Assembly: GCF_000025685.1 (NCBI RefSeq)
Contig: NC_013967.1
Location: forward strand, 90,001-122,000
Direction of reading: 5' to 3'
Source: Haloferax volcanii DS2
GTDB lineage: Archaea > Halobacteriota > Halobacteria > Halobacteriales > Haloferacaceae
DNA length: 32,000 bases
The notes below the pieces were generated by a model that made no database searches, had not been told where the DNA came from, and saw only the letters and a list, made by a program, of their open reading frames with translations. Positions 1 through 7,728 of this stretch are shown one piece after another (the first letter of the stretch is position 1; every line of letters begins with the position of its first letter). A program made the translations under genes and the position numbers.

Positions 1-341
1 TCCTCGATCGCCGCGACGATTTCGCGCGCTCGTTCGACGCGGTTCCGCTGGAGTCGTTCGACCGTCTCGACGAGAGCGGGCCGCTCCCTGAGACCGTACC
101 CGAGGAGGTCGACCCGGCGGTCGCCGGCGTCGACGCGCAGTTCGATGCCGCGGACGACTGTCACGCCGTCGCGTTCGACCACCGGCGCGTCGAGCTCCGG
201 GTGATAGCGGTCGTGGTCCGTCACGGCCACCACGTCCACCCCGCCCGCGCGGGCCGCGTCCGGGAGCGCGTCGATAGTGAGCCGGCCGTCCGAGGCGGTC
301 GTGTGGAGATGGAGGTCCGCGACCGGCGGGCTTTCGTCCAT
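1..341 (-). CDS. PHP-domain metal-dependent phosphoesterase (N-terminal part; gene continues past the window start)
   Basis: Absent from the ORF track because it runs off the edge. The minus-strand ATG at 341-339 gives MDESPPVADLHLHTTASDGRLTIDALPDAARAGGVDVVAVTDHDRYHPE... The DLHxHT and TDHD metal-ligand motifs are typical of the PHP family. Confidence 0.8.
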   Translation of the reverse strand, partial: MDESPPVADLHLHTTASDGRLTIDALPDAARAGGVDVVAVTDHDRYHPELDAPVVERDGVTVVRGIELRVDAGDRRVDLLGYGLRERPALVETVERLQRNRVERAREIVAAIE

Positions 342-389
342 GTCTCGTGGTCGGGGCGAGGGGGAGACAAACGTTGCGCCCAGTACGTC

Positions 390-408
390 ATTAAGGACGA
401 TTAAGGAC
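390..408. promoter_or_regulatory. tandem ATTAAGGAC repeat (10-nt period) in a divergent promoter region
   Basis: ATTAAGGAC at 390-398 and 400-408. A third ATTAAG lies at 441-446 inside the palindrome TCATTaagAATGA (439-451). Confidence 0.4.
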
Positions 409-473
409 TCCAATGCCACTAATCAAATACATGGAAAATCATTAAGAATGATGGCGGTCCAGTTGTGGGTGTA

Positions 474-758
474 ATGCGCCTGAACGGACTCGGCGACGCG
501 ATTGATCGCCACGAATACCCGATTAGCTCGACCGACTTCGCCCAACGTCACGGCGACGAAGTAATCGAGCTCCAGAACGGTCAGGAGACCGTCGCACAAA
601 TCCTGGCCCGTCTCGGCGACGAGACGTACACGTGCCCGCAGGACGTGCGGGACGCCCTCTTGACCGGTGTCGGACACGAGGCAATCGGTCGCCGCTACTA
701 CAGTGACCGCGACCCGTCCCCGCTCGGTGAGAACGGACCAGAGATGGTCTCGTTCTGA
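474..758 (+). CDS. small conserved haloarchaeal protein (DUF2795/DUF5789-like; family name from memory)
   Basis: ORF track 465..758 starts at GTG. The first ATG at 474 gives MRLNGLGDAIDRHEYPISSTDFAQRHGDEVIELQNGQETVAQILARLGDETY... An AT-rich box ATTAAGAAT (441-449) is centred about 28 nt upstream, consistent with a leaderless mRNA. Confidence 0.8.
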   Translation: MRLNGLGDAIDRHEYPISSTDFAQRHGDEVIELQNGQETVAQILARLGDETYTCPQDVRDALLTGVGHEAIGRRYYSDRDPSPLGENGPEMVSF

Positions 759-920
759 GGTCGGCTCTCGTCTCGCTCCGATTTTTCTTTCTCCCCGCGA
801 TTCCCGAGCCGTCGGCTCGGCGTCCCGCTCGTTGATTCGTTCATTCGCTGATTCGCCCGTGTCACCGCCGTTCACGGGCCGAAGCGGCCGACAGCCGACG
901 GCCGACAGGAGTCCGCCCCG

Positions 921-1925
921 TCACTCGGTGAGCCACGGCAGGTCCACCGGGACCGACCCCTTGGAGTAGCCTTCGACCGCTCCCGACGGCCGGAGGCGGA
1001 AGACGACGGCCGGTCGGTGCCGAACGTCGGGCTTCTCGCCCATGATGGCGGCCCAGTCGTCGTCGGGGAACGACGAACAGTCGACGAACAGCGTCACGCC
1101 GCCGCCGTGTTCCGCGAGTTGGCCTTCACCGTTGGTCTTGGTCTGAGCCGTGTCGCGGATGGCGGCGACGGGGTTGCTCACGGAGCGTCGGTTCGGCGGC
1201 AGCGGGCGCGTCACCTCGATGAGCGCGCCGCCCGCGCGGGTGTTCTCGGCGCGGAAGTCGATGGAGTGGCCGGTCGCCACGGCGATTTCGGGCGTGATGT
1301 CGTAGCCCGCGTCGTCGAGGAGGTACGCCACGTCGAACTCGCCCATCGCCGCGGCCATCCGTATCGGGTCGAAGTACTCCGAGGTGCCGAGCTTTCCGGC
1401 CATGACCTCGCGGTACTCGTCGAGGACGCCCGTGGCGAAAAACGACTCGTAGAACTCTAGGGCTTCCTTGCGGGTCGCGTCCGGGAAGCCCGCGGCGTGG
1501 TCGTGGAAGAACTCGCGGGTCGTCTCGCGGCCGTCCTTCGAGAGGAACACCGGGAGGAAGAACCACGAGAGGTGCGAATAGGGCTTCAGCCACGGCGACT
1601 GGTCGAACAGCTCGGCGATGAGCTCGCGCTGGGCCCACCGGGAGACCTCGAAGGGGGCCTCGTCGAAGCCCTCCTTGTCGGTCCGCCACAGCGAACTCGG
1701 CGTCTCGGTGTTGCCGATCCAGTAGGCGTGGTCGTCGGTCCACGCGAACAGCGCGGTGTCGCCGTTGTCCATATCGAACCGTCGGGCCTCGTAGCCGTCG
1801 GGCGGTGCGTACCACGGCGCACCCATCTCGGCACCGAGGTTGGCGTCGAGCGGCTGGAAGATATCGCGGCCGATGCGCGACTCGTCCCAGCGACCGGGGG
1901 CGTAACGAAAGCGAAGCGGGCGTGC
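921..1925 (-). CDS. conserved hypothetical cytosolic protein, function unknown
   Basis: ORF track 921..2036. The in-frame GTG at 1925 is preferred: third-codon-position GC is about 80% between 1925 and 1826 but about 58% upstream of 1925. A TAAAAACA box also begins 28 nt upstream of this GTG. The alternative first ATG is at 1826 (MGAPWYAPPDGYEARRFDMDNGD...). Acidic, soluble-looking sequence. Confidence 0.75.
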   Translation of the reverse strand, partial: ARPLRFRYAPGRWDESRIGRDIFQPLDANLGAEMGAPWYAPPDGYEARRFDMDNGDTALFAWTDDHAYWIGNTETPSSLWRTDKEGFDEAPFEVSRWAQRELIAELFDQSPWLKPYSHLSWFFLPVFLSKDGRETTREFFHDHAAGFPDATRKEALEFYESFFATGVLDEYREVMAGKLGTSEYFDPIRMAAAMGEFDVAYLLDDAGYDITPEIAVATGHSIDFRAENTRAGGALIEVTRPLPPNRRSVSNPVAAIRDTAQTKTNGEGQLAEHGGGVTLFVDCSSFPDDDWAAIMGEKPDVRHRPAVVFRLRPSGAVEGYSKGSVPVDLPWLTE

Positions 1926-2061
1926 CACACACGGTGTAGTTCGGCGATTGTTTTTACGCTTTCCTGCGACAGCCCCGAATTTCGGCTCCATCCCCGCTCG
2001 GTTCGGCGTTCCGGTCCCCCGTCTCCAGAATATCACGATTGTGAACGTCTCCGATAGTTAT

Positions 2062-2080
2062 ATGTGGTACTATACCACAT
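2062..2080. promoter_or_regulatory. perfect 8-bp inverted repeat ATGTGGTA-cta-TACCACAT between the TATA box and the start codon
   Basis: Read directly. It overlaps the 3' edge of the ATAGTTATAT box and ends 14 nt before the ATG at 2094. Confidence 0.5.
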
Positions 2081-2093
2081 GGTAAGTCGAACC

Positions 2094-2270
2094 ATGTCAA
2101 TGGGGGCATACGACGAAGCCGAACACGAACGCCGCGAGCGGATGACGAGCCAGGTCGAACCCGGTACCGACGACGACCGGAAGACGTACCACGGCAGCGT
2201 CGAGTACGACTCCGGCGACTCGACCGACGCGCTGCTCGAACAGTTCAAGCGGATGAAGTCCGACGACTGA
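2094..2270 (+). CDS. small acidic conserved haloarchaeal protein (DUF5786-like; name from memory)
   Basis: ORF track 2064..2270. The ATG at 2094 gives MSMGAYDEAEHERRERMTSQVEPGTDDDRKTYHGSVEYDSGDSTDALLEQFKRMKSDD. A TATA-like ATAGTTATAT box lies at 2054-2063. Confidence 0.8.
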   Translation: MSMGAYDEAEHERRERMTSQVEPGTDDDRKTYHGSVEYDSGDSTDALLEQFKRMKSDD

Positions 2271-2297
2271 CCGTCCCCTCTCCTGTTCCTGCGTCCC

Positions 2298-2993
2298 TCA
2301 CGTCCTCGTCAGCGCCGCCGCCGTCACCGAGACGACGGTCACGGCGACGACGTGCCCGCCGACTGCGAGCAACAGCACCGGCTGGTCCGCGACGAACGGG
2401 AGCAACAGCACCTGCGCGACCGCGAAGCCGACGTTCAGAAGGTTCACTCGCCTGACCGTCTCGGCGGTCGGACCGTCGAATCGGTAGCGAATGGCCCCCC
2501 AGAGGCCGACGACGGCCGCCCACCACGACGTGCCGATTCGGTAACAGAGGTCCCAGAGGACGAGCAGCGTCAGGTAGACGACCACGACCGGCGGCTCGGG
2601 GCCGAACAGCGTCGTCATGAGCGGCGTCCCCGGCTGTCGCGGGTCGAAGACGAACAGATGCGTCACGAGCGCGACGAACGCGAGCACACCCAGCACGACT
2701 TCGATGCTCGACCCGAACAGCAGGCGTCGATAGGGAGCGGGCACTCTCGCGGCGCGGGTCCACTCGCCCATGCGGAGCATCACGACACTCCCCGCGGCCG
2801 CGACGACGATGGCCGCGGTGCCCGCGACCGCCGCGGCCCACAGGTCGTACACCCACGCGAAGACGAGCACCGCGACCTCGAACACGGCGATTTGGAGGGC
2901 GATAGCGCCCGCCTCGCCGATTCTCACGCCCGGGAGCGCGCCGACGATGCTCTCGTACACCCACGTCTCGCCGTACTCCGGGGCGTCGTTCAT
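2298..2993 (-). CDS. polytopic integral membrane protein, unknown function
   Basis: 231-aa ORF with an ATG start. It contains about 6 long hydrophobic segments (e.g. IALQIAVFEVAVLVFAWVY, VVVVYLTLLVLWDLCY, LLLAVGGHVVAVTVVSV). Confidence 0.8.
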   Translation of the reverse strand: MNDAPEYGETWVYESIVGALPGVRIGEAGAIALQIAVFEVAVLVFAWVYDLWAAAVAGTAAIVVAAAGSVVMLRMGEWTRAARVPAPYRRLLFGSSIEVVLGVLAFVALVTHLFVFDPRQPGTPLMTTLFGPEPPVVVVYLTLLVLWDLCYRIGTSWWAAVVGLWGAIRYRFDGPTAETVRRVNLLNVGFAVAQVLLLPFVADQPVLLLAVGGHVVAVTVVSVTAAALTRT

Positions 2994-3096
2994 GTCCCGC
3001 TCCTACGGCCCCGCGGTATATCAATCGCCGCCGCGCTCGGGATGCTCGGGGCGGTCGGGGCGGTCGAGGCGCGCGGACGGGCGATCCGGGTCCCGT

Positions 3097-4029
3097 TCAC
3101 GTCGGAGTCGTCGACGCCGGTTCGACGGTTTTCTCCCGCTGCTCGCGCTCCTCGCGGAGTGCCCGCTCGACCGCGGCGTCGAACGGCGTCTCGTCCACCG
3201 CGACGATGTCGCGGATGCGGTCGTCGCCCACGACGACGGGGTTTTTCAGCCCCTCGATGAGCGGGCGGGCGACGCCCGTGTCCACGTCGGTCACGAGGCC
3301 GATCCAGTACGACGAGAGCCGCGGCGTCAACACGGGCACGGGGACGATTCGCGGCGCGTGGCCCAACTGCGCGCCGACGCGCTGGAGCATCTCCCGGTAG
3401 GTGAGCACGTCGGGGCCGCCGATTTCGTAGGTCTCGCCCGCCGTCTCGGGGTGGTCGAGGACGCCCGCGAGGTAGGCGACCACGTCCGCGATGGCGACGG
3501 GCTGACACCGCGTCTCGACCCACTGCGGCGTCACCATGACCGGCAGGCGCGTGGCGAGCTGGCGGACCATCTCGAAGCTCGCGCTCCCCGCGCCGACGAT
3601 GATGGCCGCCCGGAGCGTCGTGAGTGCGGGCGCGCCCGACGCGAGAATGTGTTCGACCTCGCGGCGCGACCGCAGATGCGCCGAGAGTTGGTCGCGGTCC
3701 TCGCCGAGGCCGCCGAGGTAGACGAGTCGTTCGACGCCGGCGGACCCGGCGGCGTCCACGAAGTTGCGGGCGGCGAGCCGGTCGCGCGCCTCGAAGTCGC
3801 CGCCGGCGTGCATCGAGTGGATGAGGTAGTACGCCGCGTCCACCCCCGCCATCGCGGGGTCGAGCGTCGCCGGTTCGAAGATGTCGCCCTCGACCACCTC
3901 CACGCCGGGCGGACCGTCGTAGCGCGCCGCGTCGCGGACGAAGACGACCACGTCGTGGTCGGCGTCGAGGAGGAGGGGTACGAGGTGCCGGCCGACGAAC
4001 CCGGTCGCACCGGTCACGAGAACTTTCAT
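3097..4029 (-). CDS. NAD(P)-binding NmrA/atypical-SDR family oxidoreductase
   Basis: 310-aa ORF. The N-terminal Rossmann motif is MKVLVTGATGFVGRHL (GxxGxxG). Overall layout resembles NmrA-like/SDR-a5 proteins. Confidence 0.9.
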   Translation of the reverse strand: MKVLVTGATGFVGRHLVPLLLDADHDVVVFVRDAARYDGPPGVEVVEGDIFEPATLDPAMAGVDAAYYLIHSMHAGGDFEARDRLAARNFVDAAGSAGVERLVYLGGLGEDRDQLSAHLRSRREVEHILASGAPALTTLRAAIIVGAGSASFEMVRQLATRLPVMVTPQWVETRCQPVAIADVVAYLAGVLDHPETAGETYEIGGPDVLTYREMLQRVGAQLGHAPRIVPVPVLTPRLSSYWIGLVTDVDTGVARPLIEGLKNPVVVGDDRIRDIVAVDETPFDAAVERALREEREQREKTVEPASTTPT

Positions 4030-4071
4030 GCCATACGGTAGCGCCGCTCACGATGTTAACGTATCGCCCGT

Positions 4072-4098
4072 CCGACCGACCACCGACCGACCACCGAC
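4072..4098. repeat. tandem 11-nt repeat CCGACCGACCA x2.5 in an intergenic spacer
   Basis: Read directly: CCGACCGACCA at 4072-4082, again at 4083-4093, then the partial copy CCGAC at 4094-4098. Confidence 0.8.
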
Positions 4099-4153
4099 TG
4101 CCCGCTGACCTGACCGCGGACCGCCGTCTCCCCCGCCGCTCGCCGCCCGCGAC

Positions 4154-5038
4154 TCAGCCGTCGTCGCGAACCGCGTCCCAGCCGGGCGTTTCGGGCGCGC
4201 CGCGAGCGACTTCGACCTCGTCGGGGTCGGGCGCGTCGCCGGCCGCGCTCCCGAGGCGACCGGCGACCGCGTCCCACGCGGCGACCGCTTCGCCCGCCCA
4301 CGACTCGCTTTCGAGCGTCTTCGCACGCGCCCGCGAGGCGCGGTCGCCGTCGACCTCGGTCGAACCGGGGTGCGACCCGACCGCGACGCCGACGAACTCC
4401 GCGCGGTCTTCGGGCGTCAGTTCGCGGCGTTTGAGGTGGTCGATAGTCCCCGCCAACCGCTCGGGCTCCGGGTGGACGAACAGTTTCGCGCCGAGGGCGT
4501 GGGGGCCGAGGAGCAGGCCGTGAAGGTCGTCCGGGGCCGCGTCGTCGAGCAGGCGCTCGCCGCCGTGGTGTCGCTCGACGCGCTCGCACTCGGTCTCCTG
4601 TTCGAGGACGAGGTTGTGCCCGGGGTACTCGGCGCACTCGCCGGGATAGAACTCGGTGTCGTGGATGCGGCACTGGAGGGTTTCGGGGTCGAGAAACGCG
4701 CAGGCGCGGAGCCACGTCCGTTCCAGTCCGAACGGCGCGACGGGCTTCGGCGGCTTGCGCATGCCGACGAAAAAGGCCGGCTTCCCGTCGACGGCCGCGA
4801 TTTCGACGCCGTCGATTTCGACGCCCTCGCCCGGCGGCGCTTCCCACAGCCGCGGGGAGAGAGCATTGCCGAACCCGGCCTCGACGAAGTCGCGAACCTC
4901 GTCGCGGGTCAGCGGGACGAGGTTGTAGGTGTCGTCGAGCGGCGCGCGCGGCCCGCGACGCTCGTGGTCGAGCGCGGCCGGCGCGACCGGTCGCCAGTCG
5001 ATACAGCAGCCGGCACAGCCTTCGCAGTCGACGCGCAT
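4154..5038 (-). CDS. YkgJ/UPF0153-type cysteine-cluster (zinc or Fe-S) protein with a long C-terminal extension
   Basis: ORF track 4154..5059, where codon 5059 is TTG. The first ATG at 5038 gives MRVDCEGCAGCCIDW (CxxCxxCC signature). Further Cys residues occur in ACAFLDPETLQCRIHD and ECAEYP. Confidence 0.8.
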   Translation of the reverse strand: MRVDCEGCAGCCIDWRPVAPAALDHERRGPRAPLDDTYNLVPLTRDEVRDFVEAGFGNALSPRLWEAPPGEGVEIDGVEIAAVDGKPAFFVGMRKPPKPVAPFGLERTWLRACAFLDPETLQCRIHDTEFYPGECAEYPGHNLVLEQETECERVERHHGGERLLDDAAPDDLHGLLLGPHALGAKLFVHPEPERLAGTIDHLKRRELTPEDRAEFVGVAVGSHPGSTEVDGDRASRARAKTLESESWAGEAVAAWDAVAGRLGSAAGDAPDPDEVEVARGAPETPGWDAVRDDG

Positions 5039-5155
5039 GGAACGAAAGTTATACGCCAACCGACAAGAACCTCTCGCCGGGTCGGCGGCGCCGGCCGATT
5101 ACGTTTCCGCAGACGCGGCGGGGCGCTTTTGCCGCCTCGGCTCTTCGGTTCCCTC

Positions 5156-5359
5156 ATGACCTCCGAACCGTGCGACGCCTGCGGGAAGGGCGTCCGCATC
5201 GCCGGCGGCATCGGCGACCTCTGGAACTTCCCCACCTCCTCGTCCGGCGGGATGACGCTGGAACTCGTCGACGGCTCCGAACACTTCCTCTGTTTCGACT
5301 GCATGGAGCGACTCCCGGGCGACCGCGAACCGACGGCCGAGGACGTGGCGGCGCTTTAG
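5156..5359 (+). CDS. small zinc-ribbon protein (67 aa)
   Basis: This is the 3' end of track ORF 4370..5359. The ATG at 5156 gives MTSEPCDACGKGVRIAGG...HFLCFDCMERLPGDREPTAEDVAAL, with two CxxC pairs (CDAC, CFDC). A weak T-rich box GCTTTTGC lies about 27 nt upstream. Confidence 0.7.
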   Translation: MTSEPCDACGKGVRIAGGIGDLWNFPTSSSGGMTLELVDGSEHFLCFDCMERLPGDREPTAEDVAAL

Positions 5360-5440
5360 GCTCCGATTTCTCGGCCTTGTCGATGCCGCGACCGCACCCC
5401 GGAGCGGTGGATTTAGGCCCGTCCGAGGACTCCATTGACC

Positions 5441-7351
5441 GTGGACCCGTCGCGCATCATCGACTCGTTTCCGGCCCCCAGTTTCCGCGGCGCGCAAGAG
5501 CGGGCCCTGCGCGACATTCGCGACGCCTTCGCCGACGGCAACGACGTGGTCTTGGTCCGCGCGCCGACCGGGAGCGGCAAGTCGCTTCTCGCCCGCGCCA
5601 TCGCGGGGTCGGCGGCGACCGTGGACGAGACTTCGCCCGCGCAGGCGACCGACGCCTACTACACGACTCCGCAGGTGTCGCAACTGGACGACGTGGCCGA
5701 AGACGACCTGCTTTCGGACCTCAAAATAATCCGCGGCAAGTCCAACTACAACTGCATCATCCGCGGCGAGGAAGACACGCCGGTCGACCGCGCCCCCTGC
5801 GCCCGCAAGCGCGGCTTCGACTGCTCGGTTCGGCACCGCTGTCCGTACTTCTCCGACCGCGCCATCGCCTCGAACCGCCAAATCGCGGCGATGACGCTCG
5901 CGTACTTCATGCAGACCGCCGGCTCCGACGTGTTCCGAAAGCGCGACGTGGTCGTCGTCGACGAGGCCCACGGACTGGCCGAGTGGGCCGAGATGTACGC
6001 GACTATCGACCTGAAACCCCGGACCGTCCCGGTGTGGGACGACATCGGCGTCCCCGACGTGGCGGCCGCGGGCGACCCCGTCGAGCGCGCCTCGCGCTTC
6101 GCGGAGACGCTCGTCGGCGTCTGCAAGCGTGAGAAAGACGAGCTGCTGACGAAGTCCGAACTGATGCCCGAGGAGGCCGCCCGCCGCGACCGCTTACAGG
6201 AGCTCATCGGCGAGCTGAACTGGTTCGTGGAGGACTACCGCGACCCCCAGAGCCCGACGACGTGGGTCGTCGACCAGCACGACGGCGAGGGGTCGCCCAT
6301 CGCCATCAAGCCGCTCGACCCCGCGAAGTACCTCAAACACACCGTCTGGGACCGCGGAAACAAGTTCGCGCTCCTGTCTGCGACCATCCTCAACAAGGCG
6401 GCGTTCTGCCGCTCGGTCGGCCTCGACCCCTCGAAGGTCGCGCTCGTGGACGTCGAACACACCTTCCCCGTCGAGAACCGGCCGCTGTACGACGTGACGC
6501 AGGGGAAGATGACCTACGAGCACCGCGACGAGACGCTGCCCAAAATCGCCCGCCTCGTCGTTCGCCTGATGGCGAAACATCCCGACGAGAAGGGGTTGAT
6601 TCACTGCCACTCGTATGCGATTCAGGCGGAGCTTCGCCGCCGACTCGCCGAGATGGGCCTCGGCAACCGCGTCCGCGGCCACGACCGCGACGACCGAAAC
6701 GCGGAACTGGAGACGTGGAAGGCGACCGACCGCCCGGAGGTGTTCCTCTCGGTGAAGATGGAGGAGGCGCTGGACCTGAACGGCGACCTCTGTCGCTGGC
6801 AGGTGCTCTGCAAAGCGCCGTATCTCAACACGAACGACTCCAGAGTCGCCCGCCGCCTCGAAGACGGCCAGTGGGCGTGGTACCGCCGCGCCGCCCTCCG
6901 AACCGTGATTCAGGCCTGCGGCCGGGTCGTGCGCGCGCCCGACGACTACGGCGACACCTACGTCGCCGACAGCAGTCTGCTGCAACTGTTCGACAAGACG
7001 CGGACCGACATGCCCGACTGGTTCGCGGCGCAGGTCGACCGGATGACGAAACCCGACCTCCCCGAGTTCGACCCCGTCGTGGCGGGCGGCCGCGGGAGCA
7101 ACGCGGGCAACGCAACCGGCGGGACCGCGAATCTCGGCGGTTCGACGGGTCGGTCGCGAGGAGCGTCGGGTTCCGGCTCCGACTCGCGGCGCGACTCGAC
7201 TCGCGGTTCGAGGTCCGCTGGGAGTCGCGCGGGCGGCTCCGGCGGTACGTCGTCCGGCGGTTCCGACGGCCGCGAGACCGGTGGCTCGGACGGGAGCGCT
7301 GACGACAGCGGCCGGAGCAGTCACCCGCTTTCCGACGTGTGGGGTGAGTGA
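5441..7351 (+). CDS. XPD/Rad3 (DinG-like) superfamily-2 DNA helicase with Fe-S cluster domain and a Gly/Ser/Arg-rich tail
   Basis: Track ORF 5435..7351. Walker A is APTGSGKS and the DEAH box is VVVDEAHGL. Four Cys lie between them (NYNCI..APCARKRGFDCSVRHRCPYF), as in XPD Fe-S helicases. C-terminal helicase motifs include LLSATI and QACGRVVR. Start is either TTG 5435 or GTG 5441. The ATTTAGG box (5411-5417) fits a leaderless start at 5441. Confidence 0.9.
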   Translation: MDPSRIIDSFPAPSFRGAQERALRDIRDAFADGNDVVLVRAPTGSGKSLLARAIAGSAATVDETSPAQATDAYYTTPQVSQLDDVAEDDLLSDLKIIRGKSNYNCIIRGEEDTPVDRAPCARKRGFDCSVRHRCPYFSDRAIASNRQIAAMTLAYFMQTAGSDVFRKRDVVVVDEAHGLAEWAEMYATIDLKPRTVPVWDDIGVPDVAAAGDPVERASRFAETLVGVCKREKDELLTKSELMPEEAARRDRLQELIGELNWFVEDYRDPQSPTTWVVDQHDGEGSPIAIKPLDPAKYLKHTVWDRGNKFALLSATILNKAAFCRSVGLDPSKVALVDVEHTFPVENRPLYDVTQGKMTYEHRDETLPKIARLVVRLMAKHPDEKGLIHCHSYAIQAELRRRLAEMGLGNRVRGHDRDDRNAELETWKATDRPEVFLSVKMEEALDLNGDLCRWQVLCKAPYLNTNDSRVARRLEDGQWAWYRRAALRTVIQACGRVVRAPDDYGDTYVADSSLLQLFDKTRTDMPDWFAAQVDRMTKPDLPEFDPVVAGGRGSNAGNATGGTANLGGSTGRSRGASGSGSDSRRDSTRGSRSAGSRAGGSGGTSSGGSDGRETGGSDGSADDSGRSSHPLSDVWGE

Positions 7352-7438
7352 TTACAGAATGACACTGGCCGCGGAGAACAGCGTCGACCCGATCATGAGC
7401 GCGACGAGCGTCAACGCGAGGAACTGCTGTCTATCCAT
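7352..7438 (-). CDS. candidate 28-aa hydrophobic micro-protein
   Basis: Below the ORF-track length cut-off. The minus-strand ATG at 7438 gives MDRQQFLALTLVALMIGSTLFSAASVIL, with a stop at 7354-7352. A TTAATTA box begins 28 nt upstream of the ATG (leaderless geometry). The sequence forms a single predicted TM helix. Confidence 0.35.
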   Translation of the reverse strand: MDRQQFLALTLVALMIGSTLFSAASVIL

Positions 7439-7728
7439 GGGTGTGGGTCGGTCGGCCGGTAATTAACGTTTCTGAACCGGTTCCCACGAGTGATAACCCC
7501 GCCCGACAGTCGGTGCCATCCTCACGATGTCATGCCATCACATCTCGTTTGTCCGGCAAAAATCGCCATAGTGTCCAGGAGAGTCGCCGCCTCCGCCACG
7601 TTTCCTCAATGATTGTTAATGCGTTTAACCGTTTAGAGAGCGTAGATGGAGAATAGCGCAACGTTTGTAAATCTATATTTCTACTAACTTTGTCTTTGAT
7701 ATGCTTTCTCACGAAATAGTTAACACCA

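Noticed and set aside
2770-4051. Long ORFs antisense to or overlapping the NmrA-like gene (2770..4041 +, 423 aa; 2990..4051 -, 353 aa; 2245..3024 -).
   Set aside because: Their translations are Arg/Pro/Gly-rich with no motifs. This is the typical off-frame or antisense open frame in 65% GC DNA. The in-frame gene with a Rossmann motif explains the region.
4370-5155. The 5' two-thirds of plus-strand ORF 4370..5359 (329 aa).
   Set aside because: It is antisense to the YkgJ-like gene with non-acidic, repetitive composition. Only the final 67 codons, from the ATG at 5156, form a credible zinc-ribbon gene.
7460-7700. Possible C/D-box or other guide sRNA in the AT-rich spacer (GTGATAA, ATGATTG and CTGA-like elements).
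   Set aside because: The box-like strings are imperfect and in the wrong order or spacing on both strands. No terminal stem is evident.
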